Part shown: positions 1-9,071 of the stretch, piece by piece
Numbering within the stretch: the stretch's first letter is position 1
Layout of the letters: each line of letters begins with the position of its first letter
IMG/VR virus record: IMGVR_UViG_3300010270_000379
Location: 11,649-75,648 of that record
Source of the DNA: a virus
Lineage: Duplodnaviria; Caudoviricetes
Reading direction: 5' to 3' (one strand)
Length of the DNA stretch: 64,000 bases
The notes under the pieces: model-generated
Told to the model about the DNA's origin: nothing
Seen by the model: only the letters and a program-made list of their open reading frames with translations
The model's database searches: none
Translations under genes and position numbers: made by a program

Positions 1-1227
1 ATTTTTAGATGGTTCTACTATACTTATAATCTTTTCTTCTTTTGGTTCAACAGGATTAAATACATTTGCTTCTGCAGCTTTATTTTCCGGCTGAATAATT
101 GTTTTTTCTATAATCCTATTTTCCGGTGTTTCAACTTTTGGAGTTTCTACAATATTTTGTGGAATATTCTTTATTTCTTCTCTTTTCGTTTCATCTGGAT
201 TGTTAAATATTCCTTTACCTGTCGATTCTGTAACCGGCTGAACAATTGTTTGCTCAATAATATTCTTTTCCGGTGTTTCTGTTTTTTGAGCTTCATCTAT
301 TTTTATAATTCTTTCTTCTTCTGTTTTAGGAGTTACAGGATTAGAAGTAAATAATGATTCTTTAGATGGTTCTGTTACCTGTTGAATAATAGTTTTTTCT
401 ATAGTTCTATTCTCAGGTATTTCAGTTTTAGGAGTTTCAATTATATTTGGAGTAATATTTTTTGTATCATTCTCTTTTGGAGCTTCAACTATTCTAATAA
501 TCTTTTCTTCATTATCTGCAGCTTTATTATCTAACTGTTGAAAGTTCTTATTTTCCGGTTCTGAAATTGGCTGAACAACAGTTTTTTCAATGATATTATT
601 TTCAGTAATATCATTCTTTGGAGCCTCTATAATATTAGGTGTTATTTTGTTAGCACTTTCTTCTTTTGGAGATTCAATAATTTTTATTATTTGTTCATCA
701 TTCTTTTCTATCGGTTCATTTTGAACTTTCTGAAAATCACTTCTTTGAGGTTCCTCAATCTGCTGAATAATTGTTTTTTCAATTACTTTATTATCAGCAA
801 TATTTTCTTTTGGAGTTTCAACGATATTTGGAATAACATTATCGTTTTTTGGTGATTCAATAATATTAATGATATTAGATTCATCATCATTATCAAATTT
901 ATTTACCGGTACAAAAACAGTTTTTCCATTATTAGGATCTAACCCGGTTGAAATCTTTGGTATATTAATATTTTCTCTGATTTTATCATTGAAAAGCTGT
1001 AAATTTCTAACAGCATCAGATACTACAGTTCCAAATTCCTGTAAAATAGCGTTATTATTTTTTAAATATTCTGAGGTATAATCCTGGATATTCTGCTGCT
1101 GATTATTGCCATTGGTATTCAAAAGCCCCATATTTTCAGGAGCTTTTTGAACTAAAGGGGAATCATCAATTTTTGTTTTAACTTCGGCTGTTACTTTTAC
1201 ATTACCTAAAATATCAAACTGTTGCAT
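1..1227 (-). CDS. 5' part of a long ORF in the tape-measure position (partial, runs off window); Pro/Glu/Ile-rich repeats
   Basis: ATG at 1227 after AAGGGG RBS; I translated it open for 409 codons to base 1 (MQQFDILGNVKVTAEVK...); follows tail chaperones; missing from ORF track because it has no stop. Confidence 0.55.
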   Translation of the reverse strand, partial: MQQFDILGNVKVTAEVKTKIDDSPLVQKAPENMGLLNTNGNNQQQNIQDYTSEYLKNNNAILQEFGTVVSDAVRNLQLFNDKIRENINIPKISTGLDPNNGKTVFVPVNKFDNDDESNIINIIESPKNDNVIPNIVETPKENIADNKVIEKTIIQQIEEPQRSDFQKVQNEPIEKNDEQIIKIIESPKEESANKITPNIIEAPKNDITENNIIEKTVVQPISEPENKNFQQLDNKAADNEEKIIRIVEAPKENDTKNITPNIIETPKTEIPENRTIEKTIIQQVTEPSKESLFTSNPVTPKTEEERIIKIDEAQKTETPEKNIIEQTIVQPVTESTGKGIFNNPDETKREEIKNIPQNIVETPKVETPENRIIEKTIIQPENKAAEANVFNPVEPKEEKIISIVEPSKN

Positions 1228-1244
1228 GATAATTCCCCTTATTA

Positions 1245-1442
1245 TTAAAACTGAGCATTTGCAATATCTTCTTCTGAATATCCCAAAGCTCTTAATTCAT
1301 CCGCATCTACAGCAGATTTTTTGTTTTCTTTTTCTTTCTGGTATGCGTTTCTTATACCTATCTTGTCATAGTTCATAAGATACTCAAACCAAACATGGTA
1401 GTACAATTCATCTTGTAATTCTTTATTCTGAACTGACCCCAT
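1245..1442 (-). CDS. Tail assembly chaperone C-terminal (GT-like) segment
   Basis: Overlaps the end of 1423..1926 in the +1 frame; lies between chaperone and tape-measure-like gene. Confidence 0.6.
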   Translation of the reverse strand: MGSVQNKELQDELYYHVWFEYLMNYDKIGIRNAYQKEKENKKSAVDADELRALGYSEEDIANAQF

Positions 1443-1926
1443 CAAAAAGGCCTGGACCGTCATTATCTTTAGTGTCTGGAACGGAATCCAATCCTTTATT
1501 TCCTTCGTTGCCATTAGATTCAATGAGTTTCTGCACTTTGAGACGAAAAGTATACAATGCAGCATAAACTTCCATAATGAAAGCCTGAGAAGGAATATCA
1601 AGCCATGTAAAGTTTACATTTTCCTTCTTTGCATTTTCAAACCAACTAGGGCCGTTCATTACAAGTACATCAAGTGTAGCAACCTGTTGAATAAAATTAA
1701 GTACATTTTTATCAAAACTTTCAGCCGGAACACCGTTCAAGCGATAAGCCTGTAATCTTCCAATTGCCTGAATATCACGAGCTCTAGGATATTTCACCTC
1801 AAATTCTCCACGGCTAGTTTTGATTTTTTCAGTTACATCCTTACCCATTACAATAGCTGTAAACATATCAGTTTTCTGAGCTTCATCCAAAAACTCTTTT
1901 GTATCTTCACGTTCTTTCAATTCCAT
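1423..1926 (-). CDS. Tail assembly chaperone
   Basis: Position after tail tube; 167 aa; RG..EVKYP and QVATLDVLV...PSWF segments resemble myovirus chaperones. Confidence 0.7.
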   Translation of the reverse strand: MELKEREDTKEFLDEAQKTDMFTAIVMGKDVTEKIKTSRGEFEVKYPRARDIQAIGRLQAYRLNGVPAESFDKNVLNFIQQVATLDVLVMNGPSWFENAKKENVNFTWLDIPSQAFIMEVYAALYTFRLKVQKLIESNGNEGNKGLDSVPDTKDNDGPGLFDGVSSE

Positions 1927-1960
1927 AGTAGTTTTTCCTTTTCCTTTGTAGAGATTTTAA

Positions 1961-1999
1961 GAAGTTAGGGGAAATTTTCTCTTAATTTCCCCTAACTTC
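1961..1999. other. Perfect 16-bp inverted repeat after tail tube gene (mRNA stabiliser or processing hairpin)
   Basis: GAAGTTAGGGGAAATT (1961-1976) / AATTTCCCCTAACTTC (1984-1999); no U-tract on the coding strand. Confidence 0.6.
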
Positions 2000-2010
2000 C
2001 CTATTGCAGC

Positions 2011-2550
2011 TTATACTTCTGCATCTGACTGCTTTTCGTAATCTTCACCAGAGCTCATGTCAATAGCTTCAAAACTTACGTTAGCTTTAACATAAGTTCC
2101 ACCATTAACAGTGATTGTGAATCCTGTTGAAATCAGTGTGTCTACAGAACCAATAATCAGTTTCTTTTTTTCATCATAGAAATCAAGATATTTGAATTTA
2201 GATACAACTGTACCATTCTTGAAATCTGATGATTTTGGATTGAATGAAGAAAGAGAAATCTTTCCACCACCATTCAAAGCCTGTGTTCCTTTATAAACTT
2301 TTGGACTTGCCAAAAAGCCTGTCAAACGGCCGTTTACATTGATAGCCTGAGCATCAATTGAAGCCGGGAATACAGAGTCAAGAACCTGAGCTCTCTGTGT
2401 CTGAATCTGTTTTGTCATTTCGGCTGAATCAACAAATCCGATTACCTGAGCATCAGCAGCACTTGATCCTACACGAACCTGGCATCTGTAACCAATAGTA
2501 AAAATTGAACTTGCGACACCGTTTGTATACTGTGCTATTCCGTCTGCCAT
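2011..2550 (-). CDS. Tail tube protein
   Basis: 179 aa directly after sheath; beta-rich. Confidence 0.75.
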   Translation of the reverse strand: MADGIAQYTNGVASSIFTIGYRCQVRVGSSAADAQVIGFVDSAEMTKQIQTQRAQVLDSVFPASIDAQAINVNGRLTGFLASPKVYKGTQALNGGGKISLSSFNPKSSDFKNGTVVSKFKYLDFYDEKKKLIIGSVDTLISTGFTITVNGGTYVKANVSFEAIDMSSGEDYEKQSDAEV

Positions 2551-2562
2551 TTTTTACCTCCC

Positions 2563-4296
2563 TTACAGTTCAACTGTAGATGTGTAGATGTGATTAATTG
2601 CCGTAATAAATACGAAATTAACCGGAGCAGTAAGATAGCGGCTATAAGTAATATAAACTTTATCACCGTCAATTCTTACTTTAATATCCCATACATTTTC
2701 ATTTGAATCTGATGGAACAATATAACCATTCAAAGCCCATTCTTTAGCACGTTCTGTCAATGTGCTAATAGCTGCATTTGCTGAGATACCGGCAGTGCCA
2801 ATTACAGGCTTAAACTGAGCTCTCAAATCACGATTCATAAAGAGATCTTCACGAACCATTGAACGCTCATTGTTAATCAAGTCATTACCCTGGTAAGTTG
2901 TCAAAGCACGAATACAAATATATTCAGAAAGGTTTTCTGGATTTGCATTACATACCATAACACCGGCCTTGATAAGATTTGTCATGTTTGCAACATTACG
3001 GATTTTTGTAAATCCAAGTACATTAAGAGCCTTAAATGTAAGTGGAGTATTTGCAGACATTGCACTTTCCATAGAGGCAAGCATAACACCAAGCATAGCA
3101 CCTGAAAGAGTTTCAGTTTTTCCACTGATAAGATTTACTTTAAGTGGATTGTCACAACAGAATGAAACAAGTCTACTGTTCAAGCCCTGGGCTTCTGCAA
3201 TAGCATCTTCATCTGTCATTCCAATTGGACCACCGAGAATACAAGTTCTTTCCTTACGGTTGATAACATTGCTCATATTTGAGCAGTGTGTACTGATAAG
3301 AGCATGTACACCTGAATCTGTAGAAGGTGTAGCAATAATCTGAACATCTTCAAGTTCAAGAGCTGCAAGAGCATCAGTCCACTGCTGTACACCGTAAGAA
3401 CCAATTGATCCGCCTGTAAAGTAAACGTAACCATCAGTATTATCAGGCACCTGACGAGTGTTAGCATCGAGAATTACAACGTTTCCGATAAATTCCATAG
3501 CATTAATAGCATTTACAAAAGCATCGTAATTAGCGTAAAGTGTTGTTCCTGTTTCTGCTACACTCTGATTTGTTACTGTATCAAGTTTTACAGATTTCAA
3601 ATCAGCATTGTTACCAACAACAGCAGCTTGCCAAGCATCACTATCATTGATATAAGCAACAAGAGCATCAAGTGTGTCAAAATCGTCAAAAGATACAACA
3701 AGTTCATCTGCAGTTTCCGAAGGATCTGCGTCTGTCATAGCATAGAAGCTAATAGAACTTGTGCTGACTGATACCATAGGAGTGATATTTTCACCGATAT
3801 AGTTTACTTCAAGTGCAGCATTGACAATATCATCAGTTACTTCTGTATTGTCTTTGTATGCAAGAGTAACTTTCTTAGAGTTAGCAATTGTACCGTTTGC
3901 AATCATAATTTTGAGCTGATTTGTATGAACACCCCAATCCCATGATTTAAGTGTCATTAAATCGGTTGCACCGGTTTTAAGAGTAACACTTGACTGTGTA
4001 CCATCGTTTACACGCATTGCAAATACACGCTGTGGAACAAAAGTATTTGAACCACTAAAAGCATGAGCTACAGCATCAAGAAGTTCACCACCAACAAGAG
4101 CCTGTTGAGCATCGGCTACACTTCCGAATTCAAGCATCTTATAAGGTTCCCCACCGTTTGATTTTCCCAAAATACAGAGATTTCCGGCTGAAATTCCTGA
4201 TGGACTAGAGACATTGAAGCTACGGCCATATACACCAGGTACATAATGCTCTGAACGCTGACCGGCACTTTCAAAAATAGCTGGACTTACACCCAT
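2563..4296 (-). CDS. Contractile tail sheath protein
   Basis: 577 aa; N-terminal YVPGVY motif, GKSNGGEP and C-terminal sheath domain typical of Twort/SPO1-like sheaths. Confidence 0.9.
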   Translation of the reverse strand: MGVSPAIFESAGQRSEHYVPGVYGRSFNVSSPSGISAGNLCILGKSNGGEPYKMLEFGSVADAQQALVGGELLDAVAHAFSGSNTFVPQRVFAMRVNDGTQSSVTLKTGATDLMTLKSWDWGVHTNQLKIMIANGTIANSKKVTLAYKDNTEVTDDIVNAALEVNYIGENITPMVSVSTSSISFYAMTDADPSETADELVVSFDDFDTLDALVAYINDSDAWQAAVVGNNADLKSVKLDTVTNQSVAETGTTLYANYDAFVNAINAMEFIGNVVILDANTRQVPDNTDGYVYFTGGSIGSYGVQQWTDALAALELEDVQIIATPSTDSGVHALISTHCSNMSNVINRKERTCILGGPIGMTDEDAIAEAQGLNSRLVSFCCDNPLKVNLISGKTETLSGAMLGVMLASMESAMSANTPLTFKALNVLGFTKIRNVANMTNLIKAGVMVCNANPENLSEYICIRALTTYQGNDLINNERSMVREDLFMNRDLRAQFKPVIGTAGISANAAISTLTERAKEWALNGYIVPSDSNENVWDIKVRIDGDKVYITYSRYLTAPVNFVFITAINHIYTSTVEL

Positions 4297-4314
4297 TTTC
4301 TCTTTCCTCCCTTT

Positions 4315-4689
4315 TTAGTTGTTTATTGGCATATTGAGAATTTCCTCAATACGCAAAAACCATTCATCGACTGTGAAGAATGATCTTGGATAATAGTGTT
4401 TAAGCAGAGCTTCGATGTAATAATCCTGTGGATAATACGATAAAAACTTTGCTACACCCATTTTTTTATTTGCCTTCACTGCAGCCGTAGTTACTTTGTT
4501 AATCTTTGCAACCTTTACCGGCTTTTCGATTTCCGGTTTACTCGCAACAATTTCTTCTACCTTTGTTTCAACCGTTTCAGGTTCCTTCTCAGGTGTAGAA
4601 ATTCCTTCAAGCTCTGACTGCTCAATAAGATTTTCCGTAACTTCTGGCTTTTCTGTCTCAGACAAATCAACGTTTTTCTGTTTTGACAT
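4315..4689 (-). CDS. Hypothetical virion-region protein (acidic N-terminus)
   Basis: ORF with RBS between tail completion gene and sheath. Confidence 0.6.
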   Translation of the reverse strand: MSKQKNVDLSETEKPEVTENLIEQSELEGISTPEKEPETVETKVEEIVASKPEIEKPVKVAKINKVTTAAVKANKKMGVAKFLSYYPQDYYIEALLKHYYPRSFFTVDEWFLRIEEILNMPINN

Positions 4690-5503
4690 GGTTAATTACC
4701 TCCCAGAAAATTTCTGTAGTTATGTTTTCTATTTCCGTATCAAGAATTATCTGTGATACGTTATAATCAACGGAAAAAGTTATGTGAGAGCCGGTAAGAA
4801 CAATATCAAAATCGAAATTGTAATTACTTGAACGTTCACCACTAACTTGATTTCCGAAAATCGCACAATCAAAAAACTTAAACTTTTCTTTTAAAATCCG
4901 GTCCAATGAACATTGAAAAAATAGATATAAATGTTCATACAATTCATCTTTAAGCTGATCGTTTTCGCTCCATATTTCTACGGATACATTATCTCTACGT
5001 CTTGAATCGACTTTTATACCATATATTCCACCAGGTTCTTCTCCAACGGTCCTAGAATCTGCTATTTCCTTCAACTTATTTATTCTTTCTTCATCATAAA
5101 TAAGTACATAACCTGGAACATTTTCACGGACTATTGCTCCGCTTTTCTTTTTTACAACTTCTGTTTCACCTGTAATCTCATTAATACGAGTTTTAGGCCG
5201 TGTATCTGTTTCAAACAATTCATCAAAATCCTTGCTTGTCATTTTTACACCGGAAGTTACTTCCATTAAATTAGCTAAATCAGGTACATTTCCATCCCTC
5301 TGAGAAGTAATAACTACGGCCGGAAACGTATCATTTGCCGTTGCTGAATCTTCTAGCATCATGTGAGCGAACGGATGTTCATTTACTACAGATATGTGGA
5401 AATTGTTATAAACAGCTTCAAGATGCAGCCTATCTATATACGTTTTAGCTACATCTACTAGAGCCTGTTCTACTACAAATCCTAAATTAAGGTAGTAAAT
5501 CAT
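4667..5503 (-). CDS. Tail completion/terminator-like protein
   Basis: Position upstream of sheath; FPAVVIT and SVEIWSEN...DELY segments. Confidence 0.55.
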   Translation of the reverse strand: MIYYLNLGFVVEQALVDVAKTYIDRLHLEAVYNNFHISVVNEHPFAHMMLEDSATANDTFPAVVITSQRDGNVPDLANLMEVTSGVKMTSKDFDELFETDTRPKTRINEITGETEVVKKKSGAIVRENVPGYVLIYDEERINKLKEIADSRTVGEEPGGIYGIKVDSRRRDNVSVEIWSENDQLKDELYEHLYLFFQCSLDRILKEKFKFFDCAIFGNQVSGERSSNYNFDFDIVLTGSHITFSVDYNVSQIILDTEIENITTEIFWEVINHVKTEKR

Positions 5504-5523
5504 CCTTAAAACCTCACGAAAAC

Positions 5524-5640
5524 AAAAAAAAGGCAGCCTAAAATCTAATCTCAGTAAGATTAAATTCTAAGCTGCCCTTTTCAGAACATACTAATTATTA
5601 TGTCTATTTTGATTTTATTCTATTAATGCTCTGTTGTCAA
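5524..5640 (-). promoter_or_regulatory. Late leader L1: promoter + TGTT box + terminator hairpin (tail operon)
   Basis: TTGACA(5640-5635)-17-TAAAAT; ATGTTCTGAAAAGGGCAGC...GGCTGCC followed by T-run. Confidence 0.8.
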
Positions 5641-5820
5641 TGTTTTATAAATGCTACTCTTAAAATCACATTTACTAAAATCCGGCTTAAAGTTCAAATC
5701 AGCATTTTCCGGTATTTCAACCTTGCATTTATACCCCATTTTATTACATACTTCACAAGAATAATCAGCCCTTGTAAGACTTTCAACAATCAAATCAATT
5801 AATTTTTCTTTTTCATTCAT
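5623..5820 (-). CDS. Small hypothetical protein (CxxC)
   Basis: GGAGG RBS, 65 aa. Confidence 0.6.
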   Translation of the reverse strand: MNEKEKLIDLIVESLTRADYSCEVCNKMGYKCKVEIPENADLNFKPDFSKCDFKSSIYKTLTTEH

Positions 5821-5890
5821 AGTTTTATTCCTCCATAATTAAAGAATAATCTATGAATAAAATTATTTCATTCAACTTGTAGTTGAAAAA

Positions 5891-6733
5891 TTAATTACCG
5901 GAATACATCTTGTTATCAGCCTGAATTCCTTCATTAATAATACTATCAATCTTAGGTCTAACAGTTCTTTCCAATGCTCCCATCATATCAACCGGTGGTA
6001 TAGCATCTTTGTGATAAATCCAACTATTAGCCGGTGATTTTGCTGAAATAATACGGAAAGTAAAATAAGAACTTCCGGTAACATCTTTCATTCTTACCAT
6101 ACCAACACTTCTATCATCCCAAGCCTGATCCTCTGTTAATCTACCCTTTTTAGCCCAATCATAACCTTGTCTTTGAACGCTTTCACCCTTAAAGTTATCT
6201 TCAAAATATTTCTTAGCCGCATTTACGGCCGATAATTGCAGTCCCTTTACTGATGTTTGATAATTCTTTTGTGGAATAAAATTATTAAAATGAGCTCTTT
6301 TCGTTCCCTTTTGATTAGGTGTTCCCCATCTAAAAGGAATAATTAAATAAGGTATACCTTTTTTACTAACCCTGGATTTATTGCCATAAGGATGTGTTTG
6401 TTTCATATCATATTCAACTTCTTTCTGGCCTTTTGTTTTTGCTTCCAATTGTCTATTATCAGATGATATAGAATAATGAAAATCACCTAGTTTTTCAGAT
6501 CTAATAGATCTAACCATAGCGCTAGTTACACCATCGAGAAATTCAATACCATTTAATTGTTCTGAGCCTGTTAAATATCCGGTCCATGCATTATGAACTA
6601 ACTGAGCAGCCCTTCTAAATGCATTTGCTGTATTAGGCAAGGCCGCTTCTGGAGCATTTTCAACAGTCTTTGAAAAGTTATCTACGAGTTTCTTTAATTC
6701 TGATAAATCATATTCAATGGTATATGTAGTCAT
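5891..6733 (-). CDS. Neck/head-closure-like protein
   Basis: YDMK...YLIIPFRWGTP motif recalled from large-myovirus neck genes; synteny. Confidence 0.55.
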   Translation of the reverse strand: MTTYTIEYDLSELKKLVDNFSKTVENAPEAALPNTANAFRRAAQLVHNAWTGYLTGSEQLNGIEFLDGVTSAMVRSIRSEKLGDFHYSISSDNRQLEAKTKGQKEVEYDMKQTHPYGNKSRVSKKGIPYLIIPFRWGTPNQKGTKRAHFNNFIPQKNYQTSVKGLQLSAVNAAKKYFEDNFKGESVQRQGYDWAKKGRLTEDQAWDDRSVGMVRMKDVTGSSYFTFRIISAKSPANSWIYHKDAIPPVDMMGALERTVRPKIDSIINEGIQADNKMYSGN

Positions 6734-6735
6734 TT

Positions 6736-7971
6736 TTAATAACTCGAATTAATTCCCTTCTTTGTTATTTCATTATTCTTCTGAACATTTACGGCAGCTT
6801 TTTCAGCATAAGCAGAGAATAGTTTTACAACTACCTTCTTAGGCAATCGCTGATTTTCACTTGTACGCAATTGAGGAATCTGTTTTACAACACGATATGT
6901 AGGCATAATATGATATGTAATAGAATATGCTTCGCCAAATTCCGGCATATTTTCAGCATCTTCAAGCCATTTAATTTTATTAGTTCCGACAAGAATAAAG
7001 TCTACACCCTGTTTATATTCTACTTCTTCACCTTCAATAATTCCCTTTACTGATACAATATCATAGACAAAATCGGCCCCTATTGTATCTGTAACGAGCT
7101 TAGAACGGCAGATAACGTCTTTTTGTGTATAGCTTCCGGCCAAAACAGTAAGAATATCATCGTTAGATACATCACATTCATAAGGGAAAGAACATACCGC
7201 ATCACCATTACTTTCTTCTACAGCCTGAGCATCACCTTTATTTAAGTTCTGGCTAAGTAATACAAAAATAAACGGTGGAATATATTCTACATTTTCAACC
7301 GTTACCGGTTCTGTAATAGAAATTTCTTCTTTTGTATCTGGATCCGTTGTAGGTTCAATTCTAAACTGATTCAGCCTAAATTCTTTTGCTTTATACTCTA
7401 TTCCGGCAGCATCCGTGATTTTACCAATATTAATAATGTCACTAGGAGCCGTTTGATATAAACCTTCAACATTCTTTTTTGCATTAATCAACTCTGGAAT
7501 AGTATAATATCCCATATTATTCTTTTCTGCCTCTGCAGATGCTAATACCTGAGTTATCTTTTTTCTTAAAATGACTGTAAAATAAGTTCCCTTTTCGGGA
7601 ACATTTTGAGTATTTAAATAAATATAATTACAATTCTTTTTTGCATTTGGATAATTGTTTCCCTTCTGATCATAAATCTCAATCAATTCAGCCTGTTTAA
7701 TTTGCAGTGTATTATCAAGTTCAAGAATACCGTCATTATTAAACAGCATAACAACAGAATATGAGATCATGTTTTTAAGATATGTATATGTATAACCTCT
7801 ACCGGCACAAAAAGGACAATGTATATCCGGCTGCATAGTTCCAGGTTTTACACAAGAACATTTTTCAGCTATGCGCCATCTAAGCCACTGACCGTGACGT
7901 TCAATAAGAGCTTCATAATTATCTTTACCTAAACTAAATTGTATAGGTGTGTTACGGCCTAACCCAACCAT
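6736..7971 (-). CDS. Neck/stopper-like virion protein
   Basis: CSC...CPFCAGRG motif; synteny between adaptor and tail completion. Confidence 0.55.
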   Translation of the reverse strand: MVGLGRNTPIQFSLGKDNYEALIERHGQWLRWRIAEKCSCVKPGTMQPDIHCPFCAGRGYTYTYLKNMISYSVVMLFNNDGILELDNTLQIKQAELIEIYDQKGNNYPNAKKNCNYIYLNTQNVPEKGTYFTVILRKKITQVLASAEAEKNNMGYYTIPELINAKKNVEGLYQTAPSDIINIGKITDAAGIEYKAKEFRLNQFRIEPTTDPDTKEEISITEPVTVENVEYIPPFIFVLLSQNLNKGDAQAVEESNGDAVCSFPYECDVSNDDILTVLAGSYTQKDVICRSKLVTDTIGADFVYDIVSVKGIIEGEEVEYKQGVDFILVGTNKIKWLEDAENMPEFGEAYSITYHIMPTYRVVKQIPQLRTSENQRLPKKVVVKLFSAYAEKAAVNVQKNNEITKKGINSSY

Positions 7972-7975
7972 AGCG

Positions 7976-8605
7976 CTATTCTCCTATCTCTCTATATAAA
8001 GTTTCATCACCATAGCATTGATGGTATATATCTGGCCTAAATAAGTCCTTTAAGCTGAATTTTCCTATTCTGATTACTTTAAGATTCCAATATCCAGGAA
8101 GCGGCGGCATGTATGAAATAATATCGCTTTTATGAGCATATTGTTTTACTTCATTAAAAAATAAGCGACTGATTAATTTTGATATAAAAAATACTAAAGG
8201 TTTAGGACTCCCAAAAGTAATTAAATCCGGTTTAATTCCTGATTGAAAATAAATCTCTATTCCGGTTAATACAGAACCGGCACCGCCATAAGAATGACCG
8301 CAACAAACTACCTTATAATCTGGAAAAGTATTCATTGCTAGTAATACTTCATTCATTATCATACCTTTACAGGAATTAAAAGCGCTTTGCCATCCTAAAG
8401 CTGCAAAATAAACATACCAACGCCTTAACTGTGGAATGATAAAAAATAATAAATTGATTATCCAATCTTTTATAGAAGTTGAAAATTGTGTGAAAACATA
8501 TATTGTCTTTTCTTCATGGATTATTTTAGTACACCAATTATAATCAAATGTGTTACTTTTATATTCCATATTTTTCTGAAATTTATATAAGTTCCACGGT
8601 TTCAT
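7976..8605 (-). CDS. Class-3 lipase-like alpha/beta hydrolase
   Basis: VVCCGHSYGG nucleophile elbow, LITFGSP, DIISYMP Asp, C-terminal His. Confidence 0.8.
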   Translation of the reverse strand: MKPWNLYKFQKNMEYKSNTFDYNWCTKIIHEEKTIYVFTQFSTSIKDWIINLLFFIIPQLRRWYVYFAALGWQSAFNSCKGMIMNEVLLAMNTFPDYKVVCCGHSYGGAGSVLTGIEIYFQSGIKPDLITFGSPKPLVFFISKLISRLFFNEVKQYAHKSDIISYMPPLPGYWNLKVIRIGKFSLKDLFRPDIYHQCYGDETLYREIGE

Positions 8606-8618
8606 CTTTCAAAACTCC

Positions 8619-8687
8619 CTATTTACAACATAAATAAACAAGTCCAACTGCAATAATCCAGGCAATAGCTGATACAAGATAATACAT
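8619..8687 (-). CDS. 22-aa hydrophobic micropeptide (MYYLVSAIAWIIAVGLVYLCCK)
   Basis: GAGGGG RBS; single TM helix; not in ORF track. Confidence 0.5.
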   Translation of the reverse strand: MYYLVSAIAWIIAVGLVYLCCK

Positions 8688-8707
8688 TTTAACCCCTCAT
8701 TTTTTAT

Positions 8708-8735
8708 AAAAAAATCCGGTTTTGAAGTGACCGGA
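8708..8735 (-). terminator. Intrinsic terminator
   Basis: TCCGGT-loop-ACCGGA followed by T7 on the minus strand. Confidence 0.65.
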
Positions 8736-8791
8736 AACACTATCTCCAAAGGCAGAAAAAAACTACAAAAAAGTGCCTTCATCAATCAGTT

Positions 8792-9001
8792 TTACACTAC
8801 AGTAACAAGAGCAACTTTACCGGCTGAATCAATCTGCAAAGTTTTTCCGTCATCTGTGTCTTTTGCTGCCAATACAGCAGCCAATTTTGTTTCAAGAGCT
8901 GTAAGTCTGGTTTCTACATCTGTATTTCCACCATCTTCAATACCCTTTTTAATTGCGTTACCATAAGGGCAACCTTTTGTAAGATCATTCAAATCATTCA
9001 T
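8792..9001 (-). CDS. Small virion-region protein
   Basis: AAGGAG RBS; 69 aa. Confidence 0.6.
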   Translation of the reverse strand: MNDLNDLTKGCPYGNAIKKGIEDGGNTDVETRLTALETKLAAVLAAKDTDDGKTLQIDSAGKVALVTVV

Positions 9002-9071
9002 TTTCTTATCTCCTTGCTGCTTTACGATACAGCCCGATGATTTATAAAATCCGGTCTAGGCCGGTATTTTC

